Shown here piece by piece: positions 49,396 through 57,920 of a stretch of 64,000 nucleotides of DNA. Numbering within the stretch: position 1 is the stretch's first letter; each line of letters begins with the position of its first letter. Made by a program: the position numbers and the translations under genes. The stretch comes from Bacteroidota bacterium (GTDB taxonomy: Bacteria; Bacteroidota; Bacteroidia; Bacteroidales; Prolixibacteraceae), in assembly GCA_024278975.1 (NCBI GenBank), contig JAJRSD010000061.1, positions 153,320 to 217,319 of the forward strand. The letters run 5' to 3'. Below the pieces are notes generated by a model. It was not told the DNA's origin and made no database searches. It saw only the letters and a list, made by a program, of their open reading frames with translations.

Positions 49396-49425
49396 GGAGC
49401 TGTTCTTCATTGTGAGAACAGCTCC
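49396..49425 (+). terminator. Strong hairpin after susD (weak terminator or RNA-stabilising stem)
   Basis: GGAGCTGTTCT-N8-AGAACAGCTCC, an 11-bp perfect stem without a clean U tract. Confidence 0.55.
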
Positions 49426-49502
49426 ATTTAAAGTAAATAAGTATTTTTAGAAGTTATTTCAATTTATTACATATTTTGCATTTAATCATTAAACCAATTA
49501 AA

Positions 49503-50993
49503 ATGAATTCTTTTATATTCATTAAAGCTTTTATTATTCTCAGTCTCTTTCAATGTTCCGAAAAAGGTATTCAGAAAGAGAACAAGAACAATGACGTTTT
49601 CAAACCTAACTTACTCATCATCCAAACCGATGAACACAACTTCAGAACATTGGGTTGTTACCGCGAACAGTTGAGCCACGAACAGGCTTTTGTTTGGGGA
49701 GATGGTAATAATGTGGAAACACCAAACATCGATTATCTGGCAAAAAATGGAGTGCTGTTTACAAAGTTTTATGCGGCAACTCCTGTCTGTTCACCTTCGC
49801 GCGGAACTTTAATTTCAGGCATGTACCCACAACATACCGGAGTACCTAAAAACGATTTGCCCCTAAACGACGGGTTAATTTCATACTCCGAAATTTTAGG
49901 ACACAGTGGTTATAAAACCGGATTTATCGGGAAATGGCATCTCGATGGAAAAGGTAAACCACAATGGGAACCGGAACGTGATTTCGGATTTGCCGATAAC
50001 CGTTACATGTACAATCGAGGCCATTGGAAAAAAATAGAAGATACAGATGAAGGTCCGAAAATAACTGCTACAAATGCCAAAGGAAATCCCAGTTACGATT
50101 TAGATGGTGCTGATGAAAACTCATTTACAACCGATTATCTGACCAACAAAACCATTGCTTTTATCGAAAAAAACAGAGACGAGCCGTTTAGTATGTATCT
50201 CAGTTTTCCCGACCCGCACGGTCCCGACAGAGTTCGTACTCCGTACAGCGAAATGTACACCGGTATGGATTTTAAAGCACCACCAACTTACAACGTAAAA
50301 GCCGAAGATGCTCCGGGCTGGGCAAAACCTGCAAAAAATGCAAGTTTAAATCATGCACAATATTTTGGAATGGTGAAATGTATTGATGATAATATTGGAA
50401 GAATAATTACTTCATTACGCGAAAATCAACTGCTCGATAAAACAATAATTATTTTCACCTCCGACCACGGCGATTTACGTGCCGAGCACCACCGGCATAA
50501 CAAAGGAAATCCCTTCGAGACTTCGGCAAAAGTACCTTTTATTGTCTATTATCCGGCAAAAATTCCCGCAGGTTCGGTGGTAAATAATGCATTAAATACC
50601 GTTGATTTTGCTCCTACATTTTTGTCATTTTTAGGACAAAAAGTACCCCGACAAATGGAAGGACGCGACTTTTCTGATTTACTAATTAATCCGCAAAATC
50701 AAAGTAGTTTCGAAGATATTACATTTATGCGAAGCACCGGATTACCCGGCGAGGGAAGCTGGGTTGCTGCGGTAACGTCGCGTTATAAATTAGTACTTTC
50801 GAAAAATGATATTCCCTGGTTAATCGATATGGAAACCGACCCCGATGAACTGATTAATTATGCTAAAAATTCTAATAAATCAGATGTAGTTAAACAGTTG
50901 GCAGACAAATTAAATGAGTATGCAAAAAAACACAGCGACCCGTTTTTACAAGGAACTAAAATGGCCGACGATTTGATGACACTGTTAAATTAA
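49503..50993 (+). CDS. S1 sulfatase (Cys-type), probable lipoprotein
   Basis: PNLLIIQTDEH, TPVCSPSRGTLISG, GKWH, SDHG; ATG 49503 (ORF from TTG 49476). Confidence 0.9.
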   Translation: MNSFIFIKAFIILSLFQCSEKGIQKENKNNDVFKPNLLIIQTDEHNFRTLGCYREQLSHEQAFVWGDGNNVETPNIDYLAKNGVLFTKFYAATPVCSPSRGTLISGMYPQHTGVPKNDLPLNDGLISYSEILGHSGYKTGFIGKWHLDGKGKPQWEPERDFGFADNRYMYNRGHWKKIEDTDEGPKITATNAKGNPSYDLDGADENSFTTDYLTNKTIAFIEKNRDEPFSMYLSFPDPHGPDRVRTPYSEMYTGMDFKAPPTYNVKAEDAPGWAKPAKNASLNHAQYFGMVKCIDDNIGRIITSLRENQLLDKTIIIFTSDHGDLRAEHHRHNKGNPFETSAKVPFIVYYPAKIPAGSVVNNALNTVDFAPTFLSFLGQKVPRQMEGRDFSDLLINPQNQSSFEDITFMRSTGLPGEGSWVAAVTSRYKLVLSKNDIPWLIDMETDPDELINYAKNSNKSDVVKQLADKLNEYAKKHSDPFLQGTKMADDLMTLLN

Positions 50994-51016
50994 TAAACCA
51001 AAAAAAATAAAATACC

Positions 51017-52504
51017 ATGAACCAACTATTAAAATTAATACTGATAATTGTTATACCATTAAACATTACCGGCTGTGCTCAAAAGAAATCTGTAGAGTCA
51101 GAAAAACCAAATGTCCTTTTAATAATTGTTGACGACCAGGGATATGCAGATTTTGAGCCATTCAAAAATCATGACTCCCAAATTTCTACCCCAAATATGT
51201 CGAGACTTGCCAATGCCGGAACAGTTTATACGCAAGCCTATGTTACTGCTCCGGTTTGCAGTCCATCGCGTGCCGGATTAATGACAGGTAAAAATCAGTT
51301 CAGGTGGGACGAAAAAGCCAGTTGGGCTCCCGGTTTGCCTGATGAAACAAAAACCATTGCCGAATATTTAAAAGAGGCGGGTTACACAACTGCCCGGATA
51401 GGAAAAGCCGACTTTGGGAAAAATTATCATAATTTCGATGTTCGCGAATATCCGCTAAATCATGGCTACGACTATTTTCTCGGATTCAGCGCACACGCAC
51501 ACGATTATTGGTTATTGTCTGATGAGATTGCAAATCGCACGCCCGATCCAAAAGGAACCAGTGCACACCTCGGCCCCTTAATGGAAAACAGTGGTTATAA
51601 AAGTTACGATGATGGTTATATTACTGATATTTTCACCAACGAAGCGATTCAGTATTTAAAAAAGGAAAAAGAGAAACCTTTCTTTTTAACGCTTTCGTAT
51701 AACTCTGTTCACCACGTAATTCACGAAGTTCCACAAAAATATCTCGATAAATACGAGGTAGCTCCAATTCACAATTACGAGCCCGATAGCATGGAAACTT
51801 TTATGAAACGGAAACCCGGCTCGTATTCTGCCTACTACGAAAAATACACTCGTCTTGGAGCGATAAACGATGAAAATATGCGCAAATATTATTTGGCAAA
51901 CCTTAACTGTTTAGACGATAATATTGGTCGGGTTTTAGATGAAATTAAAAGGGAGGGACTGGATAAAAATACATTAATTGTTTTTGTTTCCGACAATGGA
52001 GGTTCGCCATTAACAGGTGCCAATAACAGTCCGCTTTCTGCAGGTAAATACTCGCTTTGGGAAGGTGGAATTCGTGTGCCGATGGCAATTAGCTGGTCTG
52101 GAAAAGTTGATGCCGGGAAAGTGCAAAACAGCTACGTTTCGGTTCTCGATATCTTACCAACTATTACCGAAGCCGCCGGAATTACTTTAACAGATGAAAC
52201 CATCGATGGTAAAAGTCTTTTATCGAAAACAGATAATAACCGCCTACTGGTTTGGCGATGGGGAAAAACATGGGCAGCCCGAAAAGGCGATTGGAAGTTA
52301 ACAAACACCAACGAAGGCTGGGGAAAAGGACGACCAAGTAGTATGTATATTAAACCCATTTCGAATGATTTAAGTTTAAAACTTTTTAATTTGAATGACG
52401 ACCCGGGCGAACGAATTAATCTCGCTGAAAAAATGCCGGAAAAAGTGAAAGAGTTGAAACAAAATTTCGATAATTGGGTAAATCAAAATAGTGGAAAATA
52501 TTAA
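51017..52504 (+). CDS. S1 sulfatase (Cys-type), lipoprotein
   Basis: Lipobox ITGC; PNVLLIIVDDQG, APVCSPSRAGLMTG, SDNGG, WEGGIRVP. Confidence 0.92.
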   Translation: MNQLLKLILIIVIPLNITGCAQKKSVESEKPNVLLIIVDDQGYADFEPFKNHDSQISTPNMSRLANAGTVYTQAYVTAPVCSPSRAGLMTGKNQFRWDEKASWAPGLPDETKTIAEYLKEAGYTTARIGKADFGKNYHNFDVREYPLNHGYDYFLGFSAHAHDYWLLSDEIANRTPDPKGTSAHLGPLMENSGYKSYDDGYITDIFTNEAIQYLKKEKEKPFFLTLSYNSVHHVIHEVPQKYLDKYEVAPIHNYEPDSMETFMKRKPGSYSAYYEKYTRLGAINDENMRKYYLANLNCLDDNIGRVLDEIKREGLDKNTLIVFVSDNGGSPLTGANNSPLSAGKYSLWEGGIRVPMAISWSGKVDAGKVQNSYVSVLDILPTITEAAGITLTDETIDGKSLLSKTDNNRLLVWRWGKTWAARKGDWKLTNTNEGWGKGRPSSMYIKPISNDLSLKLFNLNDDPGERINLAEKMPEKVKELKQNFDNWVNQNSGKY

Positions 52505-54794
52505 TACTTTGGTGTCATTTCAATCTCACTTAAAAAAAGTTTTTGCAACTTCATTTTTGACGTTGGGATTTTTGAGTCTCTCTTTTGCTCAAACTAATCA
52601 GATTTTTGAAGCCGAATCGGCAACGCTTTCAGGAACGGCAACAGTTGTAACTTGCAACAATTCCTCCGGTGGGCAAATGGTAAAAGGACTCGATAATGGC
52701 TCGGCAAATTCTCTTACATTTCCAAAAATAAATATTCCTGAAACAGGTGATTACTTCGTTTCGGTTAGTTATTATTCCGTGAACGAAAGAAATTTGACTT
52801 ATCAAATAAATGATGAAACAGCACAAACAAAAACAGTTCCTTCAACCGGTGCATGGTGTTATCAGGGAGGTGTTCCAGGTGACTTTATTTTCAAGATAAA
52901 TTTAACTAAAGGAGAAACTAATCTTCTATTTTACAACTCTCCAATAATAGACAAAGTTGTTATATTAACTGATACAACTGCTCGTCAGGCTTCAGCCATT
53001 TATATCAGTTCAACAAGCGGAGACGATAGTAATAATGGACTAACTCCTGAAACTGCTTTTCAAACATTGGGAAAAGTTAATTCGCTTGATTTATTGCCAG
53101 GAGATTCCTTGCTTTTTAAATCAGGAGATACATTTATTGGGAAATTATCTATTACAAACGAAAGTGGCTCATCAGAAAAACCAATATTAATTAGCAATTT
53201 TAGTGATGGGAAAAAACCAGTTTTTGATGGTGATGGATATCTATCTACAATTCATATTGTAAACAGTGGCTATCTTCATATTTCAAATATTGAAATAAAG
53301 AATGATGGAGGTCCTGCAAAACCTGGAGACTCTGAAGTCCTTCGATATGGAATGTACATTCAAAATACATTTACCGATGGAACTTTTTTTGAACACTACC
53401 GTTTTAATAATTTAATTTTTAAAAATATTTATCCAACCATTGAAGTTACCGACGATGACAATACAGGTGTAAATGCACATGCCATTATTACAAGTGGATC
53501 GTGGGGAGACGATATTCATCCAACTCGCTTTGAAGATATGCTAATTGAAAATTGCTTTTTCACCCGAACAGCAAGACATGCTGTTGTTTTGAAGGCAATT
53601 AATAATCTGCATATAAAAAATAATCTTTTTGAACATGTTGGTGGTGCAGGAATGGTTATTGCCAGTGGTTCTGCCAATATTCTGGTTGAAAATAATACAA
53701 CAAATTATACCGGTTCGAAAATAGACAGTCGTATGGCAGGTAGGGGAAGTGGAATATGGTGCTACCGGAGTAAAAACCTTACTGTACAATACAATAAATT
53801 TATGCACGCACGCGGAATTCACGACTCGTATGGAATGCACATCGATATTGGAAATAGAAATGTTGTTTACCAGTACAATTACAGCGAAGACAACGAGGGT
53901 GGTTTTGTGGAAATCTTAGGAAAAAATGTAAATATTGGCTACCGTTATAATCTCAGTGTTGGCGATGGTTGGCGGAAAAGAGGAAATCGATACGGACAGA
54001 TTTTCTGGCTGGCAGGCTGGTCGGGCGACCCACAAAATCCGGTTGGTTCCGACAGTATCTTTATTTACAATAACTCGATTTATGTTCGAGATACAATTGC
54101 TCCGGGAATCTGGATTGAATCGGTTTCAAAAAGTGCAAGGATTTACAACAACATCATTAATGTATCCAATGAATTTGGTTCGGTGGTGATTAAAAACAAT
54201 ACCAGTTTTAACGACTTCGATTTTAACATCTGGTTTGGAAATATTCCAGCTACCGACGAGGATGGTCAAATTTATCGCGGGACAAATGCAATAACTTCTG
54301 ACCCAATGTTTGTGGAAGAAATTGTAGTTGATTCATCAGGATTTGTATTGCTTCCTGAGAGTCCTGCAATTATTTCAGGTAAACTTATTTATAATTCTGA
54401 AGTTTCCAATCCATTCGACTATTTCCACAATAATGGAGGTAGAGATTATTTTGGAAATGCAGTTTCCTTTTTTGAGAGTCCAAATATTGGAGCTTACAAC
54501 AAGAAACCTATTGATGCTGGTACTATTAATGGATTTGAAAAGGGACAGTCATTTAGTATTTTCCCAAATCCTTTGCAAAACAATGAACTTTTGAATATTG
54601 ATATTCCATCAAATATTAATGTTAAAACTCTTACGGTTCAGATAACAGATATCACCGGGAAACTGATGTTTGAGAAATCATTTAATCAACAATATAAATT
54701 TAAGTTGGAAACAAATAATTTACCTCGTGGAAGTTACTTTGTGAAAATTGAAACCGGTAATTTTTTTATATCAAAACAGCTACTGATCTTCTAA
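52491..54794 (+). CDS. T9SS-secreted protein: CBM6/35-like module, right-handed beta-helix, type A CTD
   Basis: Signal peptide; FEAESATLSG module; SGDDSNNGLTPETAF; GRGSGIW..DSYGMHID..DNEGGFVEILG; IFPNP..ITDITGK..LPRGSYFVKI CTD. Confidence 0.82.
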   Translation: MENINTLVSFQSHLKKVFATSFLTLGFLSLSFAQTNQIFEAESATLSGTATVVTCNNSSGGQMVKGLDNGSANSLTFPKINIPETGDYFVSVSYYSVNERNLTYQINDETAQTKTVPSTGAWCYQGGVPGDFIFKINLTKGETNLLFYNSPIIDKVVILTDTTARQASAIYISSTSGDDSNNGLTPETAFQTLGKVNSLDLLPGDSLLFKSGDTFIGKLSITNESGSSEKPILISNFSDGKKPVFDGDGYLSTIHIVNSGYLHISNIEIKNDGGPAKPGDSEVLRYGMYIQNTFTDGTFFEHYRFNNLIFKNIYPTIEVTDDDNTGVNAHAIITSGSWGDDIHPTRFEDMLIENCFFTRTARHAVVLKAINNLHIKNNLFEHVGGAGMVIASGSANILVENNTTNYTGSKIDSRMAGRGSGIWCYRSKNLTVQYNKFMHARGIHDSYGMHIDIGNRNVVYQYNYSEDNEGGFVEILGKNVNIGYRYNLSVGDGWRKRGNRYGQIFWLAGWSGDPQNPVGSDSIFIYNNSIYVRDTIAPGIWIESVSKSARIYNNIINVSNEFGSVVIKNNTSFNDFDFNIWFGNIPATDEDGQIYRGTNAITSDPMFVEEIVVDSSGFVLLPESPAIISGKLIYNSEVSNPFDYFHNNGGRDYFGNAVSFFESPNIGAYNKKPIDAGTINGFEKGQSFSIFPNPLQNNELLNIDIPSNINVKTLTVQITDITGKLMFEKSFNQQYKFKLETNNLPRGSYFVKIETGNFFISKQLLIF

Positions 54795-54838
54795 TCATCA
54801 AATATTCAATTTAAAGGGAATATAAAATACTTAAAAAA

Positions 54839-56200
54839 ATGACAAAAATATTCTTAACAACATTTGGTTTATTAGTTGCCTTTATCTCATGTTCAAGTCC
54901 TGATACAAAAGTTGAGCAATTGTCGAAACCAAACATCATCTACATTCTTGCCGACGATATGGGAGTTCACGATTTAGGATGTTACGGACAGCAATTAATA
55001 AAAACGCCCAACATTGATAAAATGGCTGCCGAAGGAATGTTGTTTACCCAACACTACGCCGGCAGCACGGTTTGCGCTCCCTCGCGTGGTACGTTAATGA
55101 CAGGGTTGCATACCGGGCACGGATATGTAAAAGGAAATTTTGCAATGGAAAACGAGGGCAATTTACCGCTGCCTGCCGAAACAATTACGGTTGCCGAATT
55201 ATTAAAATCAGCAGGTTATAAAATCGGAATTATGGGGAAATGGGGATTGGGTGGTCCCAATGATTTTGGGCATCCGAACAAACAGGGTTTCGATTATTCG
55301 TATTGTTACCTCGACCAGCGTTTGGCACACAACTATTATCCCAACCATTTGTGGAAAAACTTCACAAGAGTTGATTTAAACAACCAATATTCGCATACAA
55401 TTTTTGCCAATGAAGCACTCAGTTTCATCTCACGAAACAAGGAGAATCCTTTCTTTTTGTACCTGCCGTTTACAATTCCGCACGGGAAATTTCAAATCCC
55501 CGATGACTCGCCCTATTCCAATGAATCGTGGACAACCAACCAAAAAAATTATGCAGCAATGATCACGCTGATGGACAGAGATATTGGAAGGATTTTTTCG
55601 TTGCTCGATTCGTTGGAATTGGATGAAAATACGGTTGTGTTTTTTACCAGCGATAACGGAGCAGTTAAAGGGATGAGCGATTTCTTTGGTAGCAACGGCA
55701 ATTTAAGAGGTTACAAAACCGATATTTTTGAAGGAGGTATCCGCGCTCCCTTGATTGCCCGCTGGCCGGGAAAAATTACACGAGGTAGCCAATCGAATCA
55801 TATCTCTGCATTTTGGGATATGATGCCCACTTTCTGCGAAATTGCAGGAACTCCTTCACCAAAAAATATTGATGGAATTTCATTTCTGCCCGCTCTTTTA
55901 AATCAAACTCAAAAAGAGCACGAATTTTTAGTTTGGGAATATTTTCATTACAATTATGGTTGGAAACCGGGTTCGGCCAATCCGAGAAACTACTTACAAA
56001 GTCAGGCAGTTAGAATGGGCAAATGGAAGGGATTGCGAAAAGGGATGAAAAACAACTCAGCAACTCCAATTGAATTGTACGATCTTTCGAAAGACAGGGG
56101 TGAACAAAATAATGTGGCTGAACAATGTCCTGAAATCGTTGCTGAAATTCAACAAATAATGGAGAGTGAGCATACTGATTCTGAATATTTTAAAAATTAA
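54839..56200 (+). CDS. S1 arylsulfatase (Cys-type), lipoprotein
   Basis: Lipobox FISC; PNIIYILADDMG, TVCAPSRGTLMTGLHTGH, GKWGLG, SDNG. Confidence 0.92.
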   Translation: MTKIFLTTFGLLVAFISCSSPDTKVEQLSKPNIIYILADDMGVHDLGCYGQQLIKTPNIDKMAAEGMLFTQHYAGSTVCAPSRGTLMTGLHTGHGYVKGNFAMENEGNLPLPAETITVAELLKSAGYKIGIMGKWGLGGPNDFGHPNKQGFDYSYCYLDQRLAHNYYPNHLWKNFTRVDLNNQYSHTIFANEALSFISRNKENPFFLYLPFTIPHGKFQIPDDSPYSNESWTTNQKNYAAMITLMDRDIGRIFSLLDSLELDENTVVFFTSDNGAVKGMSDFFGSNGNLRGYKTDIFEGGIRAPLIARWPGKITRGSQSNHISAFWDMMPTFCEIAGTPSPKNIDGISFLPALLNQTQKEHEFLVWEYFHYNYGWKPGSANPRNYLQSQAVRMGKWKGLRKGMKNNSATPIELYDLSKDRGEQNNVAEQCPEIVAEIQQIMESEHTDSEYFKN

Positions 56201-56204
56201 AATT

Positions 56205-57824
56205 ATGCGTCAATTACTAATTGTTCTGATTGCAGCCCTCTTTGTAATGGGATGTAATAAAATTGAAACAACCACACACGAGTTTTTCGTCAACAGCGAA
56301 TCGGGAAATGATAACAACGATGGAACTTCGCCCGAGAATGCATGGAAAAGCCTGAAGCGTGCCAGTGATAAAACATATTTTGCCGGCGATAAACTTTTGC
56401 TTAGCAAAGGTTCGGTGTTTATAGGAAAGCTTATTTTAAAAGGTGGTGGCGGCGAAAACGAACCGGTAGTAGTTACATCTTACGACGCGGGAAACGGAAA
56501 AACGGATATGCCAATTATTGATGCCAAAGGTTATTTGGCGGCTATACAAATTACCGATGGAAAGAACTTTACCATAAGCGATTTGGAGTTGACTGCCGAT
56601 GGTGGAGTAGCTTACGAACCCGATGCAAAAACAAAACGGTACGGCGTGCTTGTGGAGACAACTATTCCGGGAAGTTATCCAAATATTCAATTACTTAATT
56701 TAAATATACACCATATTTTTTCGACTGAAAATGTGGCAGGTGGAGGACAAAACCCAACTTCGAACATGGGAATGGGAATTAATATTGTGATGAATAAAGG
56801 AGGCGGTAAAATAAAAAATATACTAATTGAAAACTGCACAATTGAAATGACCGGACACACCGGAATAAAACTCTCGGGAACAGGCTATGGCGAAAATATA
56901 AACTACCTCGACAGCATTATTATCCGAAATAACTCGCTGAAAAACATTGGTGGACCGGGAATGGTTCCGGGACGGTGCAGTAACGTTTTGGTGCAGGGAA
57001 ATGTAGTGGATCACTCCGGCTCCGATGCCGACCCGCGCATGCACAACCGTGGCAGCGGAATCTGGCCGTGGACCTGCAACAATGTCCTCATCGAAAAAAA
57101 TAAATTTATGCATGCCCGCGGAAAAAACGACTCGTGCGGCGCACACATCGATTTCAACTGTAATAATGTTGTTGTTCAGTATAATTTAAGTTTAGATAAT
57201 GCCGGTGGTTTTGTCGAAATTTTGGGCAACGACAACAACTGTTGTTACCGGTACAACATCAGTATCGACGATGGGTTTCGTATTAAAGGCGAAAACAAAG
57301 CACAAAAAAACGGACACGTTTTATGGACCAGCGGTTATGTTGGTAGCGGCAACAAAAAAACCGGTCCGTTCAACTCATACATTTACAACAATACCATTTA
57401 TGTAAAGGCCGATATTCTCTCGAAATTCGACTTTATGTCAACAACCAACGGGGTATTAATTGCCAACAATATTTTTTACATCGTTGGCGAAACAAAAGAT
57501 ACATCGACTGAAGGTGATGACGTTTCGATAGAGAATGCAGTTTTTAAAAACAATCTCTACCAGCGGGTGGATATTTTGCCCGAGTCACTTATTATAACGG
57601 ATTCTGCACCAATTATTGGCGACCCGCAATTTGCAAATGCCGGTGGTCTGAATCCCGAAGATTATATTCCATCAAACGCATCGGTGGTTAAAGACAAGGG
57701 GATTGCCATCGAAAAAATTCCGGGTGATGAGATTGGTTTAAAAATCGGGTTAAATGTTGAAATTGATTTCTTTGGAAATCCTATTTCGGGATTGCCCGAT
57801 ATGGGAGCAGTTGAAATAAAATAA
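56205..57824 (+). CDS. Right-handed beta-helix lipoprotein, paralogue of the 52491..54794 catalytic domain
   Basis: Lipobox VMGC; SGNDNNDGTSPENAW; RGSGIWPW..DSCGAHID..DNAGGFVEILG; DFFGNP..PDMGAVE; ATG 56205 (ORF from GTG 56166). Confidence 0.82.
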   Translation: MRQLLIVLIAALFVMGCNKIETTTHEFFVNSESGNDNNDGTSPENAWKSLKRASDKTYFAGDKLLLSKGSVFIGKLILKGGGGENEPVVVTSYDAGNGKTDMPIIDAKGYLAAIQITDGKNFTISDLELTADGGVAYEPDAKTKRYGVLVETTIPGSYPNIQLLNLNIHHIFSTENVAGGGQNPTSNMGMGINIVMNKGGGKIKNILIENCTIEMTGHTGIKLSGTGYGENINYLDSIIIRNNSLKNIGGPGMVPGRCSNVLVQGNVVDHSGSDADPRMHNRGSGIWPWTCNNVLIEKNKFMHARGKNDSCGAHIDFNCNNVVVQYNLSLDNAGGFVEILGNDNNCCYRYNISIDDGFRIKGENKAQKNGHVLWTSGYVGSGNKKTGPFNSYIYNNTIYVKADILSKFDFMSTTNGVLIANNIFYIVGETKDTSTEGDDVSIENAVFKNNLYQRVDILPESLIITDSAPIIGDPQFANAGGLNPEDYIPSNASVVKDKGIAIEKIPGDEIGLKIGLNVEIDFFGNPISGLPDMGAVEIK

Positions 57825-57920
57825 TACAGATACATAAAAAGAATAGTTTATTTTGTGTTTTTACGCCCTGTATCTTGTGTCTAAATATCTTATAGCTAAA
57901 ATACTTAATTCTATTTTATC

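Noticed and set aside
57825-57900. Degenerate AGATAC/TATCTT heptamer-like repeats after the beta-helix gene
   Set aside because: Too few and too degenerate to call; at most a weak hairpin or repeat scar.
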